NCBI GenBank assembly: GCA_032161105.1
Contig: JAVHTD010000001.1
Length of the DNA: 64,000 nucleotides
Strand: one strand, 5' to 3'
Source: Candidatus Thermosaccharophagus tengchongensis
GTDB lineage: Bacteria > Armatimonadota > Fervidibacteria > Fervidibacterales > Thermosaccharophagaceae
Shown here: positions 10,826 through 21,114 of the stretch, in pieces
Numbering within the stretch: the stretch's first letter is position 1
Layout: each line of letters opens with the position of its first letter
Translations under genes and position numbers: made by a program
The notes under the pieces: generated by a model
Told to the model about the DNA's origin: nothing
Database searches by the model: none
Seen by the model: only the letters and a program-made list of their open reading frames with translations

Positions 10826-13120
10826 ATGCGCAATTTCGGCATGCGCCATGCAGGTCATCAGTGCGGTGTGGCGTCGTTTAGTTGTCATTTGGCATTCGGC
10901 ATCTTTTTGTTCACGCTGGCGTTAACATCCGGCGCGTCGTTTGGTCAGAGCACATTTGAAGTTGTTGATGGGACGCCATTTGAGACGCGCATACGAGGCA
11001 TAGCCGGTGTCATATCAGTTGATGCATCCGGCGTGCGCACAGCAAAGCAGCTTCAGTGGCGCACTCAATGGGCGATAAGGGATGCCGAATGGCGCCTCAG
11101 GAGGACTCGCCCAAGGCTCATACGCTTCCTTCGCCAAATCGGCTATTGGAAAACCGATCGGCTCGGCATTGACATGCTTGCTGTCGCAGTTGAGCCGAGG
11201 AGGAAACGCATACTCCGCCCGGAGATGCTCACCCAGCGGCTTTGGGCATTGGCGCTCCGTTCAAAGAGTTATGGTGCGGGCAAGTTGGAGTTTGAATTTG
11301 TTGGCTTCCGAAAGGAGGTGGCGGAGTCAATTCGCAATTGGCTCAACGGCGCCATGCCGGTGATGATTGAGGTTTATGGTCATCCAGTGGCGTCACCGCC
11401 CGGGGCAACGCGCACAGTTAGGATAATTTTGGACACCACGCTTGATGCGCTTGATGGCGGTGTGTATTCGCCATCAACGGATGAGATACGCATAGGCGAG
11501 TTTGAGGGGCGCAGCTTTGACTATTTCAATCTCGTCCACCTTTTATTCCACGCATTCAGGGGTGAACTTGTGCTCTCATATCCATCATGGGAAGAGGGCA
11601 TGGCGAGAGCGGCGGCAGTTATAGCCACAAGAAGGCTTATACCCAAGTTTGACCCAAGTGACCCGCTTGACGGTGACCCTCTATTTCTGATGCCCATTTA
11701 TGACCTGCTCAACCAACCGCCATTGGGTAATCCCATCTTCATGCCACCATCAGGTTATCAACCGATGGCTATATGGCGATACGGCATGAGTGCCGCAGCG
11801 TGGCTCAAAGTGGCAATTGAGGACGACAGCTTCTTCAGGCGCTTCAATGAAGCCTACTACAACCTCTATAATGCGAACGCAAGCGTGCCGCTATCTGGCG
11901 ATGTGCCGGCGCTCAAGCGTATAGCCAGCCAGATTGTTAAGCAAGTTGAAGGGCTCGACTTTTACGACTGGTATCGCCGCCAGCATGTTTTGGACACGAG
12001 CGTAAAGGCTGGCTTCAAGTTGTATGTCTTCAATGTGCCGCTTGAAATCGGCGTCATCATCGGCATCAACTACTATCGCACAACGCCATCAGGTGACGAA
12101 ATCCCGCAAGATGCGGTAGCGCAGCTCGTATACAGCAACGACATGAGCGATGACTTATATGCCGAGGAAGGAAATGAGGTTGAAGTCGTTGGCGGTGAGG
12201 GTTTCATTGCGCCGCAGTTCTTCAACATCGGCGGTCCAAACAGGATAAGGGTGGACATATCGGTTGGTGGGATGAGGAAGATCATCTACTTCCCATATGG
12301 CGTGCGAGGTCCGGAGAACAATGAAAACCCACTATTTGGGGCGCTCATTGGAGCTGATGAGGGTTCGGTGAATATCAGTGGCGATGGGATGAGGGCGAGC
12401 GCCAATGTGAAGAGGGGTGTCTTCGCTATAACGAGCGGGATCAACTTGAACGGTCTGCGTAAGTTCACGATTGAGCATTGCGCAACTGATGGAACGGCAG
12501 TTGCGGAGTTTAGGAACGCATGCTTTGGCTTTTATGTGCTTATGCTGAATGCAGCTGGCTCAGTGGTGACCGTTACGAAGACATTCAAGAGCGGGTGGCA
12601 TCTGATGGGCATCCCAGTCTTGCCGCTCAAATCCGACGAAGCTGAGATACTCGGTATACCGAGGGAGAGGCTGTTGCTTGCCCATTGGCAGCCGAACTTG
12701 ATCGGGGTGAGCAGGTATGAGATTTATCCGAACATCTCAACACCGATGCACCCGGGCGTTGGGTATTGGCTCAAGTTGAACGAGGATACAACGATAAGTG
12801 TGCGCGGCATGCCGACGCCGACTGATGAGCCATTTGAAATGCCCCTTCTTGGCGGTTTCAATCAGCTTGCCAACCCATTCACATTCCCCATAAGTGTGAG
12901 CGACTTCAAGGTCCGATATGGCGACGGTGAACCCATGGACTTGCAATCGGCTTCGCAAGCCGGTTTGATTGACTCGGGGGTTTGGACATGGACGCAAGAA
13001 AATGGGTATCAATCAGCCAGCGTCATTGAGCCGTGGGGTGGCTTTTGGGTGCGCTCATTCAAGCCAATCGGCGTTTGGCTCATCATACCGCCAATCAGCG
13101 CAAAGGTTGTCGGAAGGTAA
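10826..13120 (+). CDS. Secreted hypothetical protein with degenerate gluzincin-like motif and C-terminal GWxLxGxP-type repeats
   Basis: Signal peptide; HLLFH...WEEGMA; GWHLMGIPV and GFNQLANPF repeats. Confidence 0.6.
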   Translation: MRNFGMRHAGHQCGVASFSCHLAFGIFLFTLALTSGASFGQSTFEVVDGTPFETRIRGIAGVISVDASGVRTAKQLQWRTQWAIRDAEWRLRRTRPRLIRFLRQIGYWKTDRLGIDMLAVAVEPRRKRILRPEMLTQRLWALALRSKSYGAGKLEFEFVGFRKEVAESIRNWLNGAMPVMIEVYGHPVASPPGATRTVRIILDTTLDALDGGVYSPSTDEIRIGEFEGRSFDYFNLVHLLFHAFRGELVLSYPSWEEGMARAAAVIATRRLIPKFDPSDPLDGDPLFLMPIYDLLNQPPLGNPIFMPPSGYQPMAIWRYGMSAAAWLKVAIEDDSFFRRFNEAYYNLYNANASVPLSGDVPALKRIASQIVKQVEGLDFYDWYRRQHVLDTSVKAGFKLYVFNVPLEIGVIIGINYYRTTPSGDEIPQDAVAQLVYSNDMSDDLYAEEGNEVEVVGGEGFIAPQFFNIGGPNRIRVDISVGGMRKIIYFPYGVRGPENNENPLFGALIGADEGSVNISGDGMRASANVKRGVFAITSGINLNGLRKFTIEHCATDGTAVAEFRNACFGFYVLMLNAAGSVVTVTKTFKSGWHLMGIPVLPLKSDEAEILGIPRERLLLAHWQPNLIGVSRYEIYPNISTPMHPGVGYWLKLNEDTTISVRGMPTPTDEPFEMPLLGGFNQLANPFTFPISVSDFKVRYGDGEPMDLQSASQAGLIDSGVWTWTQENGYQSASVIEPWGGFWVRSFKPIGVWLIIPPISAKVVGR

Positions 13121-13150
13121 TTTGCATTTGAGCGGCACTGTGTGAGGTGA

Positions 13151-14305
13151 ATGCAGTTGCGCAATGTGATTGCTCGTGTGGTGTTGGCTTTGGCGAGCGC
13201 AACCGCAGCAATTGCGTTTTTTGGATGCGGAGGCGGTCTTCCAAAAGGGGGCGCACGCATCACTGTCATGGGCAAAGTGGTGGACGAGGAGACCGGTGAT
13301 GGAATTAATGAAGCCATCGTGATCATCAACGGTTACAGGACGAAGACGCAGAGCAAAGGGAATGAGGTTGGATGGTTTGAGCTAACTATCGCTATCACAA
13401 GCGGGATGCGCGAGATACCGATGACGGTCTCAAAGCACGGCTATCAAACTCATGCGATGACTTGGCGACTTCCCCAGCCAATTCAAACTCCGTATCGGTT
13501 TGGCGATGTCAAGCTCTCAAGGCGCTCGGAATCAGCGACGCTCGTTGGGAGAATCATTGATGTGGACACGAGGCGGGGCATTGTCAATGCCATGGTGACT
13601 GCGACTTCCGATGGCTTGTCCGTTTATGGGTGGACGGACAACAACGGCGAGTTTGTGCTCAGTGGTATACTTGCAGGCTTGGTCAAGGTTAAGGTTGAGC
13701 ATCCGGATTTTATCACTCAACATGTGCCGTCAATTCCGTTGGTTGTTGGCGAAGAGAAAAACATCAGCGACATCGCACTGCTCCGTTTAGGTCGTCCAAT
13801 TGCAGTTGTCGGGATTGTGCTGGATGCCGAGGAGCAATTGCCAGTTAGCGGTGCAACTGTATCCATTGCCGGCAAGGAGACAAAAACAGATGGGCAGGGT
13901 AAATTTGAGCTATCCGATGTGCCATCCGGGGGGCAAAAAATCAGGGTGTCTCATCCGGATTACGAGCCGCTTGAGGCAACGGTGATGATACGGGGAGAAG
14001 AGCTGACGCTTTACCTTGCGCCGAAGGGGGCATTCCCGGCGTTGCCCTTCAACATTGGTGGCGTGGTCAAGCTTGCAAGTGGACAGCCAGCCAAAGGTGC
14101 AACCGTTGAGTTGCTCGACGCGCAATCTCGCACGCTCATTGAAAAAGCACTCACGGACTCAAGTGGGCGATATAGCTTCTTCGCCCCAGCTGGTGAATAC
14201 ATCATTCGTGTGCAGCTTGATGGCTACAAGCCGCAGGAGAAACGGATTACACTGCTATATGGAGCGATACTCAGCGATGTGAACTTTGAGTTAGAGCAAT
14301 TGTAG
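13151..14305 (+). CDS. Lipoprotein with four tandem carboxypeptidase-regulatory-like domains
   Basis: Lipobox FFGC-GGG; repeated G.V.D.ET..(P/G)I..A.V...TD..G.F units. Confidence 0.8.
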   Translation: MQLRNVIARVVLALASATAAIAFFGCGGGLPKGGARITVMGKVVDEETGDGINEAIVIINGYRTKTQSKGNEVGWFELTIAITSGMREIPMTVSKHGYQTHAMTWRLPQPIQTPYRFGDVKLSRRSESATLVGRIIDVDTRRGIVNAMVTATSDGLSVYGWTDNNGEFVLSGILAGLVKVKVEHPDFITQHVPSIPLVVGEEKNISDIALLRLGRPIAVVGIVLDAEEQLPVSGATVSIAGKETKTDGQGKFELSDVPSGGQKIRVSHPDYEPLEATVMIRGEELTLYLAPKGAFPALPFNIGGVVKLASGQPAKGATVELLDAQSRTLIEKALTDSSGRYSFFAPAGEYIIRVQLDGYKPQEKRITLLYGAILSDVNFELEQL

Positions 14306-14346
14306 AGTGCATTGCAACACACCCAAGGTTAGGAGGGGTATGAGCG

Positions 14347-14778
14347 ATGAGAAGCAAATGGATGCAAAAGCGAGCGCGTTGGTTCGCTGTTCTCGCTGTA
14401 GTGTGCCTTGTGCCATTTCTCACGGTGTCAGGGTGCGGTGGTGGCGGTGGCGGCGCTTTGCCGGGCACGGGTGGTGGGCAGAAGACTGCCGTAGTAACAG
14501 GGGTTGTGAGAGACGCAGTTGGTAAGCCAGTTCAGGGGGCAACGGTTGAGGCGTATGATCCGGCGGGCAAGCTTCTTGACACGGCAAGGAGCGATGCCAA
14601 TGGCGAATTCAAGCTGACATTGCCCGTAGGTGTTGCAGTGATGATAACAGCTTCGGCAGCAGGCTACGCTATCGGCTATGCCTCGCTTACGCCTGTTGAG
14701 GGTTACAATTCTCCAATCACAATTACGCTGTCATCAGCGCCGTTAACTCCTCCGCCTCCGCCGACATTCCCGGAGTAG
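14347..14778 (+). CDS. Small lipoprotein with one carboxypeptidase-regulatory-like domain and Pro-rich tail
   Basis: Lipobox VSGC followed by poly-Gly; GVVRDAVGKPVQGATV...SDANGEF; C-terminal PPPPP. Confidence 0.75.
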   Translation: MRSKWMQKRARWFAVLAVVCLVPFLTVSGCGGGGGGALPGTGGGQKTAVVTGVVRDAVGKPVQGATVEAYDPAGKLLDTARSDANGEFKLTLPVGVAVMITASAAGYAIGYASLTPVEGYNSPITITLSSAPLTPPPPPTFPE

Positions 14779-14795
14779 GATGAGGTGAGGCTTGT

Positions 14796-16358
14796 GTGAA
14801 GTCCCCTTTGAAACCCATCATGCAATGCTTTGCTGCGCTCCTTCTTCTCCTCACCGCTTCACTTTGCATATTGCGCATATGTTTGCGCTCCCCAAAGACG
14901 AAGCAGCCGCAATCTCATGCTGAACTGCGCCGTGATGTGGCAGTTGAGTTTGAGCGCATACGGGGCTTGAAGATACGAAGCCACGGTGAGACGCTTTGGG
15001 AGTTAAAAGCCAACACCATAAGGGTTAACAGGCAGAGGACATTGACCGAGGTGGATGGGCTGAAGGAAGCCATCTATTACGCCTCCGGGAGGGCGCTTTT
15101 GAGGGTTAGCGCAAAGCGTGCCGCATGGAACATGATCACCAACGACATTGATGTGTATGGGGATGTGACTGTGCGAAGCGAAGCCGGATTAACTATGACC
15201 ATGGAACGGATCACTTGGCGAGACCGTGAACGCGTGCTTGAGATACCATGCCGCGTTATCGGTGATTCTGACAGGTTGCGTTTTGTCACGATGCGCGTGA
15301 TTTACATGCCGATGGAGCATCATCTGCGCCTATGCGATGGAGTATATGCGAGCACGAATGAAGTGCAGTTCTATTGCCGCCAACTTGATGTGGACATGAA
15401 GGCTGGCGAATATGTGGCACATCCTCCTGTCAGGCTCATCGTTCACATCAACCAACCGTTGGGAGAATTTGAGTTGAAGCCATTGAACATTGAAGCGTTG
15501 ACGCACCTGATCGGCATGGGAGTGACCGCTCCGGCTCAATCCCCGGCGAAGGATTCCAGGGGTGGAGAAAAGAAGGAGCGCAAGATGCTATTTGACTCGC
15601 CAACGCAGCCGCTCAAGCGCGTTGGGAGAAAAGTTTTTGGCGCTGAAGTGACCGTGCGTGAGGAGGGCGAGGATTATGTCATACAGGTGAAGCGTTTCAC
15701 ATATGACGAGGAGAAGGAATACCTCTTTGCCGACGGCTTGGTGCATTATGAGGATTCCGACATAGTCCTCACCGCACCAAAAGCTGAGCTGTTCAGGCGT
15801 GATCGCAGGGTGCTCCTGCAAGGCAAGGTGCACCTTGAATCAAAGGTGAAGGAAAATGCTCAGGCAAGCGGAGCATCAAAGGGCGCGGAGCAAGCCAAAG
15901 GGAAAGCAAACAATCAGGGTGAAGAGGAGAAGTTGCCACTGCGTGAGCGCATAAGGCGCAAGCCAACTGTGATTGATTGTGAGAGGGTTGAATACTTCTA
16001 TCGTGAGCGGCGTGCCGTTGCCACCGGCAACCTGCAGTTCAAGCACGGGCAGTATGCCGGCAGCGCAAATGTAGTCACCTACTGGCATCGTGAGGATAAG
16101 CTCTTGGCGGAAGGGAAGGTCATCGTGCGCGACACTGAGGAAGGGCATGTTTTTGAGTGCACCAGCGTCACAATACTGCTCGCAAACGATGAGCGCAAAG
16201 AGGATGAGATAATTGTTGCACCCGGAGCAAAGGCATTATTGCGCGTGAAAGAAGAGGAGGAGTCAAAGGAGGAACAGCCACCGGAGCAGAAGAAGCCGGA
16301 AGGGAGCAGCGAATCACCGCAACAAGGCAAGGCATCATCGGAGCAGAAGCAACCTTAG
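14796..16358 (+). CDS. LptC/LptA (OstA)-like beta-jellyroll protein for LPS export
   Basis: N-terminal TM anchor then WELKA..., G.V.V repeats and A.G.V..(D/E) OstA-type repeats. Confidence 0.6.
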   Translation: MKSPLKPIMQCFAALLLLLTASLCILRICLRSPKTKQPQSHAELRRDVAVEFERIRGLKIRSHGETLWELKANTIRVNRQRTLTEVDGLKEAIYYASGRALLRVSAKRAAWNMITNDIDVYGDVTVRSEAGLTMTMERITWRDRERVLEIPCRVIGDSDRLRFVTMRVIYMPMEHHLRLCDGVYASTNEVQFYCRQLDVDMKAGEYVAHPPVRLIVHINQPLGEFELKPLNIEALTHLIGMGVTAPAQSPAKDSRGGEKKERKMLFDSPTQPLKRVGRKVFGAEVTVREEGEDYVIQVKRFTYDEEKEYLFADGLVHYEDSDIVLTAPKAELFRRDRRVLLQGKVHLESKVKENAQASGASKGAEQAKGKANNQGEEEKLPLRERIRRKPTVIDCERVEYFYRERRAVATGNLQFKHGQYAGSANVVTYWHREDKLLAEGKVIVRDTEEGHVFECTSVTILLANDERKEDEIIVAPGAKALLRVKEEEESKEEQPPEQKKPEGSSESPQQGKASSEQKQP

Positions 16359-16608
16359 CTGTGCCCCAACTGCGACCTTAACGGAGTGCCAGCCTTGGCT
16401 GCATGATTTGAATGGCAACGCGTGTTGTCCTTTGTTATCCTTTCCCGCACATTGCAAGATAAGTTGCGCTCCACGACCTTCATGGCGATGGCAAAAAGCG
16501 CCAATGGGCTGTCTGGGCAGTGTGCTATAGAGGCATCGGTTAACTCTCGCAGCCCTTTCAGTTGATGCTGCTTTCCGGTCACCCTTTGGTTGGCTCAGAT
16601 GGCGGGAG

Positions 16609-18600
16609 GTGCTCATGCATTCATTTTCAATTCATCGGAGAGGATGGCTAACTGAAGAAGCAGTTGAAGGGGTTGCGTTGCGTGGTGCGTTGGTGAGCCT
16701 GCAGCTTGTGCGTGGCGCCATCATCGCATTTCTTCTACTGCCGCTCAACGCCTATTGGATTGGGGTAACGGAGGGCTTATGGCATGCGCTCCACATGACA
16801 ACGCTCTCCCTGCCAATGAATGCCCTCGTGTTCCTCATCGCCTTGGGGTTGTTGAACAGGTTCATGGCAGCGCTTCATCCGAGATTGGCGTTAAGCGCTG
16901 GCGAGCTGCTGTTGATTCACATTGGATTAACTGTTCAAAGCGTCCTCATCGGTCACGATCAAATTGTTAGCTTGATGGGTGTCATACCGGCACCGGCGTG
17001 GTTTGAGAACCCGGCGAACAGGTGGCAGGAGCTCTTTTTCCCATACATTCCGAAGTGGCTCGCCATAACCGATAAGCGTGCTGCATGGCACTTTTATACT
17101 GGCAGCGGTAAGTTTTACGGCTCCGGGTATGAGAGCCAGTGGTTAGCGCCGGCTATTGCTTGGACTGTGTTTTTGGTTTCTTTGATCGTTGCGTATACCT
17201 CCTTGGGGCTGTTGATCTACTGCCGTTGGGCGCACCAAGAAAAACTTGGCTTCCCAATAACTCGCATGCCGATGGAGATAGCGGCTGGGCAGTTCAATTG
17301 GCGTTCAAACCTGCTTTGGTGTGGCTTTGCCGTAGCCGCATTTGTGGACATGCTCAACCACCTGCACCATCTCTATCCGAGTGTGCCGTTCATAAAGGTG
17401 CGCGCGAGGGATAGGGACTTAATGCACTTTATAACCGAGCCACCGTGGACAGCGCTCGGTTCAACTCCATTGGCGCTCTATCCCTTCATCATCGGCTACA
17501 GTTACCTCATGCCGCTTGATGTCTGCACATCGGCATGGTTTTTCTACTTGCTGCGCAAATTGCAAAGGCTGCTTGGGATGACCTTCGGGCTGATGCGTCT
17601 GCCGCGCTTTCCTTACGAGAATGAGCAAGCATCTGGAGCCGCCCTTGCCGTAGCCGTTCTGGCGTTATGGCGTGTCAGAAGGGCGCTCGTTGAAGCTGTA
17701 GTGCGCTCCTCTTCAATGGCTCGCAGAGAACGGCATCAGTGCGAATTCCAAAGGCTCTCAATGTCCGCTGTGATGGCATTTTTGATGGCGCTGCTTGTTT
17801 GCTTTCTCATTTCAACTCGTGCTGGATTGTCACTCGCAACAGCTGTTAGCTTTTGGGTGATGCATTTCCTCATCTCCATTGCCGTGACAAGGCTTCGCGC
17901 CGAAGCCGGTCCGCCATCGCATTCGCTATTGTTTGCCAACCCGCAGGACTTGATGCTCGCATGGCTTGGCAGCCGCTCATTTCGCCCAAAGGAGTTGGCG
18001 GCGCTCGCGCTTTTCTTCTGGTTCAATCGGCTCAATAGGAATCATCCAATGCCAGTTGCAATTGAAGCGATGCGAATGAGCGAAGTTATCAAGGTGCCAA
18101 TCCGGTTCACATGCGCATTCATCGTGCTCATGGGGCTAATGACTACAGCGTTTTGCTTCGCCCTTTACCCGGCGCTGTTTTACTCGCACGGTGCAACAAG
18201 AGTTGTCGGTGAAGTTGTATGGGTTGGGATGGATACATTCAACAGGCTCGCATCTTGGATTGGGACACCATCGCAACCAAATCCGTTCTCAAGGTGCGCT
18301 GTGGTGCTTGGGTTCGCCTTCACGCTTACTCTGAGCTCCCTCTATCACCGCATTTCATGGTGGGGGTTGCATCCGCTTGGCTACTTACTCGGGATGAGTT
18401 ACGCGATTGACTTCTACTGGCTCTGCCTGCTCATTGGCTCAACCGTTAAGTGGCTGCTTTTGAGATATGCCGGATCATACTCGGCATTGGCGGCAACCCC
18501 GTTCTTTGTCGGATTAATACTCGGTGAAGGGATAGTTGCATGCGCATGGAGCGTCTATGGCATCATCATCCAGAAGCCGATGTATGATGCGTGGTGGTAA
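16609..18600 (+). CDS. Polytopic membrane protein, DUF6785/DUF6784-like (putative transporter)
   Basis: Many TM helices; W...EKLGFPI..(M/L)P, RLRAEAGPP, WWGLHPLGY, PFFVGLILGE motifs. Confidence 0.7.
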   Translation: MLMHSFSIHRRGWLTEEAVEGVALRGALVSLQLVRGAIIAFLLLPLNAYWIGVTEGLWHALHMTTLSLPMNALVFLIALGLLNRFMAALHPRLALSAGELLLIHIGLTVQSVLIGHDQIVSLMGVIPAPAWFENPANRWQELFFPYIPKWLAITDKRAAWHFYTGSGKFYGSGYESQWLAPAIAWTVFLVSLIVAYTSLGLLIYCRWAHQEKLGFPITRMPMEIAAGQFNWRSNLLWCGFAVAAFVDMLNHLHHLYPSVPFIKVRARDRDLMHFITEPPWTALGSTPLALYPFIIGYSYLMPLDVCTSAWFFYLLRKLQRLLGMTFGLMRLPRFPYENEQASGAALAVAVLALWRVRRALVEAVVRSSSMARRERHQCEFQRLSMSAVMAFLMALLVCFLISTRAGLSLATAVSFWVMHFLISIAVTRLRAEAGPPSHSLLFANPQDLMLAWLGSRSFRPKELAALALFFWFNRLNRNHPMPVAIEAMRMSEVIKVPIRFTCAFIVLMGLMTTAFCFALYPALFYSHGATRVVGEVVWVGMDTFNRLASWIGTPSQPNPFSRCAVVLGFAFTLTLSSLYHRISWWGLHPLGYLLGMSYAIDFYWLCLLIGSTVKWLLLRYAGSYSALAATPFFVGLILGEGIVACAWSVYGIIIQKPMYDAWW

Positions 18601-18663
18601 CGAGGATTTGCCGTGCGAGCCCAAGCATTACATCACTGCCGATTGTCAGCGGTTGTGTGAACC

Positions 18664-21069
18664 TTAATCCCGTCGCCTTAACTTCAGGAGCAACTCCAAA
18701 GCGCGCTCACGCACCTTATCGGCAATGGTTCTGTCCTTCTCCTTCATCCATTGGATTTCGTTTGCGCCGATTGGTTCAAGGACGCTTCTAACCCCTTCAG
18801 TGAGCAGCATTTCGGCTTCAGCGGCAAGGGATGCCATTTTGCCGCGCTTGTTTTGTGCGGCGGCTTCTCTCAGCATTTTCAGTATCTCGTAATCCTGAAC
18901 GCCATCTCGTATGGCTTCCATTTGCTTTGCCGCCGTTACGCTATCCGGAGCCAAGAAGAGCGGTGTATAGCAGTTGCGCGGGTCAAGATATGCATTCCAG
19001 CATGAGTTGCCAGCGTTGTCTCCGAATGCCCAAAAGAACATTTCGTCGGCGCCAATGGAGAAGCAATGCCAAGCTTGCAGCCGATAGTATGCATACGGGT
19101 CAAGCAGCTTGCTCGGACCGCTGCATGAGTAGAGAGCAAGCCGCTTGCCTTTATCGCGCCATGCAGTGTAGAAGGACTCATGCGCTTTTGGATTGCTCAG
19201 CCAAATGATCCTGTTTGGGCAAAGCACATCAACGGCTTCCGGCATGCGTTGGTTCATTTTCTCCGGCTCACGCCAAGTTGGATCAACCCATATGACCACA
19301 TCTGGTGCGGCGCGCTTGATTGCCTCAGCCCATACGATTGTCAATTCATCTTGCTCTGGCGTATGCGGCTCGTCAACGAGCAGGAAGCCAAGTTGCCCCT
19401 TTGTCAGTCCTCGCTTTCGCGCATGCTCCCACCAGAACTTGATCCACTCGCCCACCTTGCGAGTGAACTCGTCGGTGCCAGCTTTCGCGCCTTCAAAACT
19501 GTTCCCGACGGAGAGGAACACATAGTATCGGCTCGCCCCCTTCCAACGCTCAAGCCATCGGTCAAAGTTGCCTGTATCTGGCGGCTCAATCATGCACCCG
19601 GGTTCGTCAAACTTGCCCGAGGGCATCACAGAGCGAGTTGCCCAAGGTATGTCCACAAAGCGCTCGCGAATGTGCTTGATGAACTCATCGCGATTCAGCG
19701 GTGTGACACCGTAGCGCTGTTCCACATCGGTGTAATCCCAACCGCCAAGGTGAAGCGACTGGCGTTCGGGCATGCTTATCGGCAGCAGCGAAATTTGAAC
19801 TTTAAACTCGGCTCTGTCATTTGCATCCGTCGTCAAAATGATGCGCCCCTCGTATTTGCGTGCACCCACCCCATGAAATGTCACCCACAATTGACCGAGC
19901 ATGCCGGAAGGCACGGCAAACTTATTGCCCTCAGGCAGTGCAGCAGCTATCGGGATGCCCTCCTTCGTATCAGTCCAAACTGTGTGGTGAATTCTGGCAG
20001 CGACCGATTTTAGCCCATCAACTCTCACGCTCACTGTGATGGCTCGTTCACGGGCGTTTACAATGTTGATGGCGATGTGGCGCGTCTCCCGTTGCAGCAT
20101 TGCAAGTTTGATGGTGCGGTTTTCCGCAGAGCTTGCTCCGGCTGAAGTTGCACCCACCCTTTTGGGCAGCGGCTCAAGCGTCAAGTAGGGCAATGGGTCG
20201 TATGGCGATTGGGCAATGAAGGTGGCAAACTCCGCAATGCCAATAGTCCGCCACAAGCGAGCCTGCAATTTGAATAGCTCACTGTGCCACTCGTTTAGCG
20301 GCAGTGTGGTGCGAAATAGCGATGGGTCATTAACTGTGAACGAACGAGGCATTGATGATGCAAGTTCGTTTAATTGCTCCATCAACTTTTTCCTTGCGTC
20401 CGCAGCTGTGTTGGCTTGCTCAATCATCTGGCGCAGCCTTTCACAGTCGGCTTTCAGGCGCCTCAACGCACACCGCTCAATTTCTTTAAGCTGCGCAAAC
20501 TCGGTTAGATTGCCATATGGCTTGCCAGTGAGCGGTTGCTTGAGCCACGCTTCGTCACCCTCATAAACCTCCACTTCATCAACGAAGCAATACGGTCCTT
20601 GCGGAATGATAACCAATCCCACGAAGCGCCCGTGCGTTTGCCATCTATCGGTCCAGAACCTGTGAACTGCATAACCCTCTGGTGGTGGCGGTCCATTTTG
20701 CCTCTCGCTGGCTTGAACGAGTTCTCCAACTTCAAACCATTGCTTGCCGTCTGCGCTCACAAGCACCCATATGGCGGCTGGGAATTGCACGCCTGCAACG
20801 CCGGCTGCAGTGTTGAATGAAGCGCCACAGATTGGCGCATCTCGCCCGAGGTCAATTGTTATGATGACCGGGCTAACATTTTGCCATCCGACAGTTCCTC
20901 TCTGCGTCCAGAAGTAGCCTTGCACATATTGCCCATCGGTGAGCTGTATTCGGTCATCTGCATCGGTGCAGTAGCGATAGTTCGGTGCCGGTTGAAGATG
21001 GTATGGGCGGTTGAGGGCAATGTTTGGGCGCTGCACTGAAGCGATGAGAAGCAAGCACACCCAAAGCAT
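18664..21069 (-). CDS. Secreted putative glycoside hydrolase (discoidin/F5-8-like N-terminus, DUF4091/GH123-like C-terminus)
   Basis: NIALNRPY, LTDG, ITIDLG, FVDEVEV; LVDEP; EAIRDGVQDYE. Confidence 0.65.
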   Translation of the reverse strand: MLWVCLLLIASVQRPNIALNRPYHLQPAPNYRYCTDADDRIQLTDGQYVQGYFWTQRGTVGWQNVSPVIITIDLGRDAPICGASFNTAAGVAGVQFPAAIWVLVSADGKQWFEVGELVQASERQNGPPPPEGYAVHRFWTDRWQTHGRFVGLVIIPQGPYCFVDEVEVYEGDEAWLKQPLTGKPYGNLTEFAQLKEIERCALRRLKADCERLRQMIEQANTAADARKKLMEQLNELASSMPRSFTVNDPSLFRTTLPLNEWHSELFKLQARLWRTIGIAEFATFIAQSPYDPLPYLTLEPLPKRVGATSAGASSAENRTIKLAMLQRETRHIAINIVNARERAITVSVRVDGLKSVAARIHHTVWTDTKEGIPIAAALPEGNKFAVPSGMLGQLWVTFHGVGARKYEGRIILTTDANDRAEFKVQISLLPISMPERQSLHLGGWDYTDVEQRYGVTPLNRDEFIKHIRERFVDIPWATRSVMPSGKFDEPGCMIEPPDTGNFDRWLERWKGASRYYVFLSVGNSFEGAKAGTDEFTRKVGEWIKFWWEHARKRGLTKGQLGFLLVDEPHTPEQDELTIVWAEAIKRAAPDVVIWVDPTWREPEKMNQRMPEAVDVLCPNRIIWLSNPKAHESFYTAWRDKGKRLALYSCSGPSKLLDPYAYYRLQAWHCFSIGADEMFFWAFGDNAGNSCWNAYLDPRNCYTPLFLAPDSVTAAKQMEAIRDGVQDYEILKMLREAAAQNKRGKMASLAAEAEMLLTEGVRSVLEPIGANEIQWMKEKDRTIADKVRERALELLLKLRRRD

Positions 21070-21114
21070 CTAACTCACCTCTAACCGGGCTATGAGTCAG
21101 TGTTTTCCATCTCA

